This document shows, one piece after another, positions 37,252 through 49,700 of a stretch of 64,000 nucleotides of DNA. The notes below the pieces were generated by a model, which saw nothing but the letters and a program-made list of their open reading frames with translations, was not told where the DNA came from and ran no database searches. This DNA is from Vitrella brassicaformis CCMP3155 (Eukaryota > Protista > Chromerida). Position numbers and translations under genes: made by a program. The first letter of the stretch is position 1. Each line of letters begins with the position of its first letter. Location: positions 21,792 to 85,791 of the forward strand of contig CDMY01000402.1 in NCBI GenBank assembly GCA_001179505.1, read 5' to 3'.

Positions 37252-37807
37252 GGGCCGAAGAGGCGGCGTGCGCCCATGCGGTTCACTCCGGCCACACAAA
37301 TGCACAAATAGCTGGCAGTGAGTGTGTGGAGACAGATGTATGTATGTATCTGGGTGTGTGTGGGTGTGGTGTGTGGCTGATGGGCATGGATCGGTGTGTG
37401 TGTGGGTGGCAAGACAAGAGGCACATGATACCATTCAAGTGCGTTGGCAGCTATGAGCTCTCGCGTCTGCATGAATCACTCACTGTAGAGGTCGATCACT
37501 CTACTGTAGTCCGCATTAGTGTACACACAGTGGAAAAAAGGTACATGCATACCATACATCATTGGACGCATAAAGACGGCCTGCTCGGGACACCCCCAGA
37601 AACTCGACCATTACATTACATTACAAACACCGAACGTTCAGTGAGCGTGAGGACATCAATCAAAAGCACCGCGCCCCTCTCCAAACAAATGCATTTTGAT
37701 CGTCAATCTTACCGGCATCCTCTTGCACCGTCGAATCTGCATACACGTGCAGAGCATTGCCGTTTTGGCCACCTTGCGTAGATGCACTGACTGACCTTTC
37801 TTCCACA

Positions 37808-40122
37808 TTAATTGGAAACGAGAGCAGCAACACAGATGCAGCAGAGCCCAGCAGCAATTCCGAGGGCTGTGTTGCAGCAGAGCCCAGCAGCAATTCCGAG
37901 GGCAATTTTGACAGTCAGTGCTGTTCGGCCGGGCGGCGACAGCCGAGTGCGACGCAAAACGTCCAGTTGGAGATGAAACTTGGGCCGCTCTGGTGGTGAC
38001 GAGTCGGTGCAGTCGGCCCTAAATTTGGAACGACAAATAACACAGAACGCCATGCCCTTCCCGCTCTCTTTTCCCCTTACTTGTCGTTGAATAGCTTCAA
38101 CAATTCCTTGTCGTTGACATGCGACTGCTTCAGTGTGGCCTCCAGTGTCGCTGCAATGTGTGGGCGGGGAGCTGCCGTGTGCAAGCGCACGTGCGCGGTC
38201 TTGACAGGCCCATTGTCTCCGACAGTCGAAAGGAGCCCACCAACCTCTCGGTAGAAACGCCTCACATCAGTGAGGGCCTTGGCAGCATCCGTGATGCCCG
38301 CCGACCAATCGGCCAGCAGCCGTCTCCTGATGAGCTTCTCGTGGTAGAACCGGATCGACTCATCGCACTTCTCCTTCAGACGTAAGTCACCATGGAATGT
38401 CCCGTGCAGCTGTGCCATAGCCACTCGGTATTCCAGCCAGGTGCCGAACATGGGCGATGCGTCGAGGAAGGGCAGCTGGCGGCCGTCGTCCATGGTGATG
38501 CGGGGGAGGGCACTCATGTGGCGCAGCAGCAGGTGGGCCAGGTAGGTGTTGGCGAGGGCAGGCAGCGCCAAGGCATCTGGTGCCAGGACGACGGTGCGGC
38601 CGCCCACATTGAGATGGATATCGCCAGCCTTGAGGACTTGCGAGGCTTCAATGTCAGTAAAGAGAGTGCCGCCGTGCCGGCGGACCGTCTCGTGGATGGC
38701 ATCAATCGTCGCCTGGAAGTCGCTGCAATGCGTCTTGACGACGCGACTCGGTGTCCCCTCCTCTGTTGCCGCTGTGCCCTGAGCGCCGTCGATTTTGTTG
38801 TCATCAGCTTGTGCCTTCGACTGGGGAGTGGCCCTCTCCTCACGGCCCTGCACACGCATACATAAGGTCATTGCTTTCGGAGGTGACCCAATATGCACGA
38901 GCCGACCTACTCACCTGCTTATATATCTCCTGAACCTTGAGCTGCAGAGCGCAGACGGCCGTCTTGACCTGCTCAAGAGCCCCTCGTTGGTCGCCAGCCT
39001 GTAAGAAGGATACACGTGTGTGCTGCCTGGGTCGTCATTCATGAGATTCCCGTCTGTCTGTCTATACCGACCTGGTTATCGAGGAGGGACTGAACGCTGT
39101 CCCGCAAGGCGCCCAACTCCTCACGCACCTGACCCATCTGTATGCATGTAGGACACACACACGCATTGCCCTTCATGGATCCGTCAAGCGTGTGCACGTC
39201 CGCCGCCCCAGAGTACCTCTGCGTAGGTGGTGGTGAGCGCGGCATTGAGCGTGGCATCGATGGCCTTTATCTTCTTCTTGATTGTGGTGATGCTGTCCGA
39301 GAGGGTGACCCTTTCGCGCTTGGCGATGCCCTCAGACACATGGGCCACATACGAACCGACCTGAGCGATACATAAACAAACACACACAAAGAGGCAGATA
39401 GGGATACAAATGATGCTGTGTGCGGTTGGGTTCTCTCTGTCAACGAATCACCTGACCTGCCGGGCGGTGTTTGTGTCCCGAGAAGGGTCTGCACCACACA
39501 CAGCACACAGGACGATGCAATGCACCAATCCGGCGGCTTGTCATCTGGCTGCAGATCTTCATTCACCTGTGGCGAAACAGCGCACACCCGTCTGCGTGCG
39601 GCCAGTCGTCAGCAAGGCAGGACACCATGCTCCAACGCCTGCATGCATGAACCACAGACATCATCTGACTCATCCCATCTACAGTATTCCTGTTGTCATC
39701 TTACCAGCGGCATGGGTGTGCGTTCGGATGAGAGATGGGCCATGCTGCAGCGCTGACAGGCCGCCAACGGCAGACCGCAACAAAGGCTGCTTGAAACGTG
39801 ACAGCATCTGTAAAAAGTTCGGCTCTGTGCCAAATCCCGCGATGTGCAGGGTTTCTTAGGGTAAAGGGTTCAAAAAACGATCGCCCGTGGCCACGGATTG
39901 GAGGTTTGGTCTGTTGTAGTTTCGGTGAAGGCAGCGCCTCACGCGAGTGATAAGAGCGTGTTCGTGCCTGCCAGCCACCACACCATCGCTCCCATTCCGC
40001 TTCCATCGCTACCTCTCTCTTGTGTCACCCACCTGACATCGCCGCCGGCTCTCGGTGAGCAGTGCACTGAATGCATGCAGCCAGGAGGGCCGCAGAGAGG
40101 CAGGAATAACATCAGGGTGCAT
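37808..40122 (-). CDS. Coiled-coil plus KCTD/T1-type BTB-like domain protein with a truncated second BTB-like unit (lineage-expansion type); 5' end uncertain
   Basis: DIHLNVGGRTVVL.....L..P.LANTYLAHLLL......G..PFLDASP.FG.WL resembles the T1/BTB motif. Upstream small exons are coiled-coil. A 62-nt intron (38080-38019) removes the apparent stop at 38077 and continues to DCTDSSPPERPKFHLQLDVLRRTRL. Confidence 0.6.
37837..37903. repeat. 36-bp-period tandem duplication
   Basis: tgcagcagagcccagcagcaattccgagggc at 37837 and 37873. It encodes ALGIAAGLCC twice on the minus strand. Confidence 0.95.
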
Positions 40123-40434
40123 GCCTGATGGGCCAGGGGTCAATTCTGAGCGGTTCATGAGGTGTCGTGTCTTACTCTGAGTCCCACTGTGGCATTGTGG
40201 TGCTGTGTGTATGGCGCAGGTGCCGGTTTGGTTCTAGAGTTCACTGCTGAAGTTGGTTGACCGACCATGTCTGGGATGAACCGTCGGCAGTACGCGAACC
40301 AGCCGGAGGATGAGCCCCGGACACGCCAGTCCGGTGACCCATGCAACACCTGACCACAGACCACACCACACAAGGCCATTTCATTGCTGTGTATCGTCTC
40401 CCTCTGTGTGTGTTGTGGCATTCATTGTGCAGCC

Positions 40435-41267
40435 ATGATGTCGCCCCGTCGCAGCCGGGCGGCCCGAGCGGCTGCGCGCAGTGCGCAGCGCAGCCCATCC
40501 GGCGCTCCGCGCCCCTCCCGCCCGTCGATCCGGGCCCAAGCGGACCCGATGGACGTGGCGGACATGGGGTTCCAGACGCCGCCTCTCACGCCGACACGTC
40601 ATGGGGGCGGCCAGCCTCAGCTTGAGGCGGGCGACGAGGTCCAGGAGCCCGAGTACAACGAGGAGCTCGACCGCACAGACGGTAGGGGAGGGAGGGAGGC
40701 ACAAATGGGCATATGAGACGGGGAGGGAGTTGGGTGAGTGACCAGTGGATGTGCTGGTGTGATGTTGTGATGTTGTGTGTTGTGTTCAGGTCCGTTGAAG
40801 GTAGAGTTGCGTATGGAGTACAAGGCGCTGCCCCAGAACCGACAGATGGAGGTCTTCGCCGTGGTCAAACTCAAGCAGCCCAACAAAGACCAGGACAAGA
40901 AGAAATCCGCCGGCAAAAAGGTAGGTAACCACACACACACACACCCTCTCACCCACACACACCCCCTCGTGTGTGTCGGTCCTTCAGCGTTCCATTGAGG
41001 ACGGTCCTGTCCCTGCGGCGGCTGCAGCTGCTGCCACAGGCACGAACAACTCGACCACTGACGAGGAGCTGCCTGAGGAGGAGGGTGGCATCGAGGGTGT
41101 GGCGATGGATTTGGTGTGCGTGCTGGACATCAGCGGCTCCATGTATGGGCCCAAGTTGGACAGCGTCCGCGAGATCATGAAGTACATCATCCAACATGAT
41201 ATGAAGGACACTGACCGGTGGGAGGGATAAGAGAGCCAGGAAGAATACCTTATCTTATCCCCCCCCC

Positions 41268-41300
<33 letters not shown>

Positions 41301-42229
41301 TGTGTCAGTTTGGGCATAGTGATGTTCGACTCGTTCGCCGAGGTGCTGCTGCCGCTCAAGAAGATGACACCGGAGAACAAGTCGGCGGCCATGGTCAAGG
41401 GTATGCAATCAACGCACACACACATGGACACCCACACGCACATAAAATGGATGGATGGATGGATGGATGGATGGCTGGATGTGTGTCAGTGATGCGTTTG
41501 GCGTCTCGCGGCGGCACGAACATCTACAGCGGTGTGGACTTGGCCGTGAGCATGTTGGAGCAGCGCAGCACCAAGAACTTCGTCTCGTCCATCTTCATGC
41601 TCACAGACGGCCAGGTACGTACGCCACATGACCACACCACCACCACACACACGCATGCCCCCACTCATCCACTGACCTGTGTGTGTGTATGGTTGTGTGT
41701 GTCAATGACGTGTGTGCAGGACCACACGTCGCCCCAGCAGGTGCAGTCGTTGTCGCGCCGTTCGATGATGATGGGCACCTCATTCTACCCATTCGGTCTG
41801 GGCAGAGGGTTGAGCAACGAACGCACCAGCAGCACACACACATGCATGCACACGCACTCATGTGTATTGTGTTGTCTGTCCGTCTGTGTGTGTGTGTGTG
41901 TGTGCGTTAGGCATCGGTTCTGACCACAACCAGAACATCATGTCCATCTTCGCGGAAGGCCACAGCACCACATACACCACCATAGATGTGTGTACCTACC
42001 ACATCACATGGACCTCACTATGTGGCACACAACAGACAGACAGACAGACGATAGCGCCAAGGACACAGCACAGCACAGGGCACACACGTGTGTGTGTGTG
42101 TGTGTGTGTGTGTTCCGTCAGAACGTCGATAACTTATCGGAGCAGCTCGTAGCGCCGTTCCACAATGTGGTATGCCATGCTGCCAACACACACGTGGCAC
42201 ACACGACACACAGACAGGAAAATGGCCTT

Positions 42230-42263
<34 letters not shown>

Positions 42264-44034
42264 TGTGTGTGTTGGGTGCGTGTGTGCAGCGTGGGACGAC
42301 TCTGAAGGACATCGAACTCAAGTTGAAGGCGAGAATGACACCCACACACACTCCACACACAGACACAGACACAGACACAAAGACCTGGTGGACTCGTGTG
42401 TGTGTTTTTGTGTGTGTGTGTGTGGTTATCCATCGGTTCGTCCAGGCGACTGATAGGGACAACACGTTGATCAAGAGTTTGCACATCGACTACCCCAACG
42501 AGATCAGCAGGGACAAGAAAAGCGCCACCATCACCATACCGGACCTCCTCAAAGGTAGGAGGGAGGGGGCACAGCACAGCCCACCAAACCACACACACCT
42601 TCTCCCCCTCTCTCTCTGTCTCTCTCTCTCTCTTTGTTCTCATCAGCTGAGGATCGCAACCTTCTGATCGAGTTGGAGGTGCCTGAGGTCTCCTTCTCGA
42701 CTGACAAGGTCAGCCACCCATCCACCCACCCACCCCTCCGTCTGCATCTCTCTCTCTCCCCCATGTACGTATTGTATGTGTCTATGCAGAGCACCCGCAT
42801 CTTGTCGGTGAGCGGCAACTACCGCGACATGGAGGCCCTGGTGCGTCGGCGTTTCATCCCCAAGCACCTCTCACTTACCCGAATCGTCGAGGCGGAGCCG
42901 GACGCTGAGGATGACGAGGGGGAGGGAGAGGGGGAGGGGGAGAAGGGCAAGCCCAAGAAGCCCGCCGATGAAGAGGTGGGTCCCTTTGGGGGTGCAGGGA
43001 TGGATGGATGGATTGATTGACACCTGCGTATGGGTGTGTTGGTGTGTTGGTGTGTGGTGTGTGTGTGTGCAGGTTGTTCGTGAGCGTCAGAAGCGCGAGG
43101 TCCGTAACGTGTTCCAGCAGTTGGCCACCGAGAGTAAGGCAAATCCACCGACCCATCCACCCACCATGCTCTCATCGTCTATGTCTGTCTGTCTGTCTGT
43201 GTGTGTGTGTGTGTGGATTGGTGGATGTGTGTGTTGATTAATTAGTGGACGGGATGCCCAGCGCCAATCGCATCGATGCGTTGGTGGACTCGTCGGTCAA
43301 CCGCATCCACGCCCTCTCCATGACCAGCCCCAGCCCCGCCATCAAGCGCGTCACACAGCAGATGCAGGAGCAGCTCAGGCAGACCCAGGAGCAGAGCCGT
43401 CGGGCCATCAACAACGTACGCACCACAGACACAGGGAGAGAGGGGGGGAATGAGAGGAGACCGAGCCGCTTACTGCTGAAGTGTTTGTTCCTCATCTGTG
43501 TCTGTGCGTGTGTGTGTGCGCGTGTGTGCAGCGGCAGTCTCGGCAGTACAGCCAGCATCTGACTTCGGTTACTTCCGCACTGCGCACCTCTCGGTAGACA
43601 TGACGTCACAACACCACACCACACCCACCACACACAAGATAGATAGATATCCCCCTTTCATTTCCCTCTCTCTCTGTCTGTCTGTCTGTTTGTCTGTCTG
43701 TGCATTTCGTTGGTCGTCTGTCTCATATATCGTGCGTGTGTTTAGGCCGACGTCGTCTCGTCAGGAGTTGGCCAGTGTGGGGCTGTGCATGTCGCCTCAG
43801 TCCATCCGCGGCATCAACAGGTACTCGCGCCTCAGCGGCGGCCCCGTCAGCACACCCAACTTCAACAGGGGCACTGGTGGTGCGCCGGCCTCCAGTGCCG
43901 CTGCTGCTGCCGCTGCTGGTGGGTCTGGTGCTGGGGCGTCATCGGCCGCTGCCGCAGCGGCTGATGCGGCCCTGATGCCGCCCCCACCTGTGCCTGAGGA
44001 CATGCACAAGAGCAAGAAGCCGCGCCGGGAGTGA
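40435..44034 (+). CDS. von Willebrand factor A (vWA) domain protein with intact MIDAS; many small exons
   Basis: DLVCVLDISGSMYGPKL (DxSxS), LGIVMFDS.AEVLLPL, GGTNIYSGV, SSIFMLTDGQ, FG|IGSDHN. The Ig-like and helical C-terminal region resembles plant/ciliate vWA-Vwaint proteins. No Hint domain was seen. Confidence 0.9.
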
Positions 44035-44882
44035 TCAACAGATAGAGATAGAGACAGGGGGTGTGTGGGCGTGGGGAGAGTTGGTTGATGGATGGATGGA
44101 TGCATGTGTGTGTGTGAGAGTGTGTGTATTTTTTTCAAGTGGATAAGAGACGAGGCAGCGGGTGAGGTCGGCTGCATACGACATCCACCCCACCCCACCC
44201 GCCACAGACACACACACACAAGTCGGGGCAACCCACTCGCCAGCCAGAAGGAGAGATGATAGAGACGCTGGCTTGGCCCCTCTTTTTTCGACTGCCTGTC
44301 CGCCTCTGTGTGTGTGTGTGTGTGTGTGCCCGTTGATGGCCTGCCTGCCTGTCTGTCTGCCTACCTGTTGTGTGTGTGTTCGCCTGACTGCGTACGTCCG
44401 TGCGCGGGTATCACGCCTCCCGGGTGACAGATACGATAGAGGGAGCCTGACAGATGGATGGATGGATGGAGGATGGTGAACAGAGGAAGATAGTGTCGGA
44501 GAATGGGCAGGAGGGAGGGAGGAAGAGATGCATGTCTGTCTGCCTGCCTGAGTGCGTCTGGATGGATGGCCGCGGCAGAGAGGTCCCCTGCAGGCGCCTT
44601 CACAGTGTGCACCATGACAAGATGATAGACAAGCGCACTGTGACGGCTCTGAGTGGCACTCTCTTTCCGTGTGCGTGTTGATGCTTTTTCCCTGGTGTGG
44701 CTGGCTGGCTGGCTGGCTGATATGTACAGTACACGTATGGCCACTTGGGCTGGATGGCTACAGGGTGAAGACTGGCTAGCTGGCTGATGGACAGGTGTGG
44801 ATGTACGGTTACAGGGTGACAGACGGACTGATACGTACGTGGAGGGGGGAGGGACAGAGAGATAAGGGGGAGGGGCGGGCGG

Positions 44883-45182
44883 NNNNNNNNNNNNNNNNNN
44901 NNNNNNNNNNNNNNNNNNNNNNNNNNNNNNNNNNNNNNNNNNNNNNNNNNNNNNNNNNNNNNNNNNNNNNNNNNNNNNNNNNNNNNNNNNNNNNNNNNNN
45001 NNNNNNNNNNNNNNNNNNNNNNNNNNNNNNNNNNNNNNNNNNNNNNNNNNNNNNNNNNNNNNNNNNNNNNNNNNNNNNNNNNNNNNNNNNNNNNNNNNNN
45101 NNNNNNNNNNNNNNNNNNNNNNNNNNNNNNNNNNNNNNNNNNNNNNNNNNNNNNNNNNNNNNNNNNNNNNNNNNNNNNNNNN
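44883..45182. other. Scaffold gap (300 N); both flanks share the same 19-bp sequence
   Basis: aagggggaggggcgggcgg occurs at 44864-44882 and again at 45183-45201. Confidence 1.
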
Positions 45183-45649
45183 AAGGGGGAGGGGCGGGCG
45201 GACGGACGGACGGACAGGAAGCGACCATCGAAATGAAAGCACTCGCACGCGTCACCCGCAGACTCGTTCGCCCATCGTCTGCACAAGCATTCAGTCCATT
45301 CTCGATCTATCGTCACACAGTCTCCACCAGCAATAAACACCCACACAGAGAGAGAATATCTCACCGCATGCACCGCGTCCCCACACTCTTCTGAACAGGC
45401 CGCGTGTCGTTTCGCACGTGTCACACGCGCAGGCAACTGTCTGTCGCTGTGATCGTATGCTTCACAGCTACAGGATGTTGCTCAAGCGTCTGATACGTGC
45501 GACACGACACCAGGGCCACGAAGCAAGCATCAAATCTCATCTCTACTGCATAAAGCGATGCCCACCGAAAAACCCTCACAGCGCACCTACTTGTCTGGTC
45601 TGTACATTCATCCATGACATGCATCCACCCAGCCGATGTTGAGCCCTCT

Positions 45650-46564
45650 CTAGAATCCCAGGCCCTGGAGCCACTGCAGCAATGCACACACAACACACAC
45701 AGGCAGGCAGACAGTCAGACAGGCAGACAGCATCAACGATCTCTCTGCGTTGTGTGCGTGTGTGTATGTCCAAGTGTGTCCGTCCGTCCGTCCGCCCGCC
45801 CGCACCATTCTGAGTTTGGCTCTGTGGTTGCCGTTGATGACGATCCAGTTGCCCCTCTCCCGCACCTCCTCCTCTCGCACCCCACACACAAAGGCCAACT
45901 CCTTCATGAACGTCTGACACACACACACACACACACACACATAAAGACAGGCACACACACACACATAAAGACAGGCACACACAGGCAGACAGACAGACAG
46001 ACGGGCTGTGATCGATGTCGAGATGAGACTGCGCTCTTTGGTGTGTGTGTACCTCCGTACCTCTTTGTGTCCTCTGATCTTCCTCAGTATGGTGTAGACG
46101 AAAGTGCCGTTGCGTTCTCGCTTCAGGTAGATGGGCAGCTTGTCGGACACTGCACAATGCAATCCATAGATCAGATCCATGTCCAAACATACACACACAC
46201 ACCCCAACAACGATACACAATGCGATGCCAGTGCACATCGATGCGATGCCTGCCAGTGCCTCCCCTCTGTCCTCATCCATCCACCGACGCACTCACTCGT
46301 CCGTTCTACGGCGAATGGCGCGGCGTCGATTTTCCGCCTTTCGTTCTCGTAAGCCTCGCGCCACACACCGAAGCACCGATGGGTCGGCCGGCCGATGTGA
46401 GTGCGGCAGGGGGCAGGGAGGAGGACCGGGGATGGAGAGGCTGCACGGCCCATCTGCATCTGACATCTGCTCGCACCCAGCCGCTGCAACATCGATGGAT
46501 CCAACGATGATTCGTGCTCCACATGCAGCTCCCGCCCAGCGCCCCGCTTGCTGCGCGCTGCCAT
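45650..46564 (-). CDS. MRPL49: Mitochondrial ribosomal protein mL49 (Img2/MRPL49), 4 exons
   Basis: PFAVERT|.SDKLPIYLKRERNGTFVYTILRKIRGHKE|TFMKEL.......VRERGNWIVINGNH...LRM|WLQGLGF*, the characteristic Img2 pattern ending in W/L..LGF. Confidence 0.88.
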   Translation of the reverse strand: MAARSKRGAGRELHVEHESSLDPSMLQRLGASRCQMQMGRAASPSPVLLPAPCRTHIGRPTHRCFGVWREAYENERRKIDAAPFAVERTSECVGGWMRTEGRHWQASHRCALASHCVSLLGCVCVCLDMDLIYGLHCAVSDKLPIYLKRERNGTFVYTILRKIRGHKEVRRYTHTKERSLISTSITARLSVCLPVCACLYVCVCACLYVCVCVCVCQTFMKELAFVCGVREEEVRERGNWIVINGNHRAKLRMVRAGGRTDGHTWTYTHAHNAERSLMLSACLTVCLPVCVVCALLQWLQGLGF

Positions 46565-46708
46565 CTGTGCGAGCTCGGCCGCAATGATCGGACAATGCCA
46601 AAGACGTCATCTAGGCTGTTGCAGCGGCTGTGCGATTGTCAGATGGATAGATCTTTGGATGTGATACACATTTGATTGACTCATTGAGGTAGCGAAGCGT
46701 GAGATGAG
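46565..46708. promoter_or_regulatory. Probable bidirectional promoter (mL49 / GRDP)
   Basis: The divergent ATGs are 144 bp apart. Inferred from geometry only. Confidence 0.55.
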
Positions 46709-49700
46709 ATGGGTTGCGTGAGCAGTGCCCAGCGCTTCAAGTCGGATGTGACGGCATCTGGGCCGGACAGGGGAGCGTCGGCTCCCGTTGTCGAGCCACC
46801 GAGGCGGGTGCCCAAGCTGCGGATCTGCGATGTGGAGCTGAAGCTGAGCGTGCCGGATCTCATTGATGTGAGTCAGTCAGTGCATGGCAGGGACGGACGG
46901 AGCGCTGGACTGAATGAACGAGTGTGTGATGGTTGTGATTGTCCGCTGTTCTCTGTCTGTCTGTCTGTCTGTTCAGAGTGGGGTCCTGTATTATGATTTC
47001 CTGTCGACTGCAACGAGCTGTCGGGACTTGTTCCGGCCAGAGGTGCTGCGAAATGCGATAAGGAGGTCAGTCGCTCACTCACTCGCTCAAGGCAGTACAG
47101 CTCATCCATCCATCCATCCATCTGTGAGTATCACTGTGTGTGTGTGTGTGTGTGTATGGTTGTGTCAGGTACATTGAGTGCTGGCTTCCCCTGCTCAACG
47201 ACGTGTCGGAGGCCTCACGAGGCGCGAATGCGCTGGCTGCACCACTGGACATCGAATGGGTATGTCTGATCAGCAGACACGAAACACAACACGAGCGCCT
47301 GACCGATTGAGCATGGTGATTCATCCATTTGCTCATCCTTTCGTCCATCCATCCCATCAGGTGTGGCACTGTCACTTGCTGGAGCCGGCGGCGTGTCGTG
47401 AGGACATCCGGCGGCTCAACCTCTCACCGGGCACTCGGGCGCCCGACGAGTACAAATACGCCAGATACCTCTTCGACCACCAACTCAGGGCGCCGCGGGT
47501 CAGCCAGACAGACAGACAGACAGACAGACAGCCAGACAGGCAAACAGACAGGCAGCCACTATGATGGCACGGAGTGAGTTATGCATGGTTGTGTTTCTGG
47601 TGTGGTGCGGTGTGGTGTGGTGTGCAGGCCCATCGTCTGGCGATGTCGACGTCTGAGAAATTGTGGAAAGAAATGTGAGTGTGCAGTGCCCCGCCGACAG
47701 AAACAAACGAGCTGCTTGGAGGTTTGCTCTCTCCGTGTGTGCATGTGCAGGTACCCCGACGAGCCCTTTCACATCATCGACCCAGATGACCCCAGGACAA
47801 TCGTACGTACGCCCAGTGACCAATAAATAACCCAACACACACGCGCCAGTGGCTGCCTGCCTCTCTGCACGTGTGTGTCTCCATGCTCTGTTCTCTTCTC
47901 AGTTGGTTGACACTGACGAGCTGGTGGCGGCGCACCAGGGCGAGGGGCGCAAGAGCGTGCTCGCTCTCGTCCAATACGACCTCTACGAAGCCTCACTCAG
48001 GCAAAAAACATTCGCATACCAGGTACCTGTGTCCATGTGAGTGCGGCAAACAGAGACGCCTCGCCTCGCTGCCCGGAGGATGCCTGTGCCGTGTGTCCGT
48101 GTCCGTGTGTGTGTGTGGTCAGGTCGCCTTGCCGCATTACCGTGATCGCGTCTTTCTGTCCGACCAGGTGTACAGGTACACCGAGTACCTGCGGATTAAG
48201 AAGCTCTACCCGCAAAGCGCAGCGCCGCAAAACGCCCTCATACTGCCCACGTACCCACGCATCCACACACACTCATAGACATCTGCCTGCATGGTCTCGT
48301 GCGTGTGTGTCGCGTGCAGGGTTGGGATCGACTTGGTCTGGCAGACACACATGATGTTCCCCAACCGATACATCCAAGACCTCCACCTATACTTGGGTAT
48401 GTGCGTGGCCACACCACAGTGCACAGCCCCCTCCATCCCCCCCCCCATCCATCCATCCATGTGTCTGCTGCCTTGTCGTCGGCTGCGTGTGCAGGTCGTG
48501 TGTTGCATCACAAGGTAGACTCGCTCAAGTACAGAGAGGAGCCCTCCAGGCTGCGAGAGGCGTGGGCCTACACCGAGGAGCTATGGCACGCCGAATTCGC
48601 ATGCTCACCACGCGACCCTGGAGCTCTGTACCGCGGCACCCCGCCCGTGGAGGCGCCACACCTGCCCATCAAGATACCAAAGTGAGGGAGCGACACCCAT
48701 CCCACCCACCCATCCAAGCAATGCAATCAACACACAGAGAGGCCAACCCAACAACACCGTCCTCTCCCTCCTTCCTTCGCTTGTCTGGTGCAGGCCGATA
48801 AGTGTCATCTCGGCCGGCGTGGCTTCATTGCGGTCGGCAGGCGGCCAGACTCTGCTCATGAAGCTGCTGAGAACGCTAAGAGAGATTCTGGAAAACCCCC
48901 TGGACACCAAACTGCGTTCATTTCAGTACCGGCCATCTAAGCAGCTCGAGCTTGAGAAGCGGTTCAACGAGCTGACGGTGTCGCTCGGGTTCAAGGCCAG
49001 CAGCAGACGGCCACCTGGGGGCGAGATCGAGATCGTGTTGGAGACGGTGGACCCTCTGTCGTTGTACTTCTACTGCGAGTTGGTGCCTGCTCCTGTGCCT
49101 GGGGTGCGACGGGAGGGGCAGCCGGTGCTGCGGAAGGCGCCATCGCTCATCGGGGATGCATCCAAGGTGGTGCCCATTCTCTCGTTCTTCCGACCGCCAC
49201 ATGCAGAGAGGTACGTATCCACACACACACACAGACACAGAGGAGGAATTGTTTGTTCATGCTATGCATGATGTGGTGCGTCTCATACATATGGCCATCG
49301 CATTGATTCATTTAGGCTGTCATCCATCCGGTATGTGGGTCAGCGGCACCTGTCCACCGCTCAGATCTTGTCCGAGGCCCCCTCCCCCCAGCTGACTCTC
49401 ACCCGCCACTACGGCCGCCTCCGCCAAATAGATGTGGGACCCAACCAACCCCAGGAGCTCAAACCACACGCAGAAGTGTACGAAAGCGTCCTTGCCAAAC
49501 AGGTCAGTCAGTGGGCAGAGGAAACAGGGGAGGGCCACACACACGTGCAAGGATGCAAGCAAATATTCCGAAGGAAGCGATCGATCGGCATGGCATGTGC
49601 GTCAGGTGCCCGGTCTGCCCTCTCGGCTGTGCTCGTCAGGGAGTGTATGTCCGCTGGCGCGGTGGCAGGGCGGCCCCGCCGATGTGCCGCTGAGGGACTG

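Noticed and set aside
37410-37781. ORF text IPFKCVGSYELSRLHESLTVEV...
   Set aside because: No splice link to the upstream gene and no recognisable family; it lies between convergent genes.
44864-45201. 19-bp direct repeat flanking the second gap
   Set aside because: Most simply explained by overlapping contig ends (a near-zero or negative gap), so technical rather than biological.
45235-45394. MKALARVTRRLVRPSS..., a mitochondrial-presequence-like short ORF
   Set aside because: It stops after about 53 codons and no downstream exon chain could be built.
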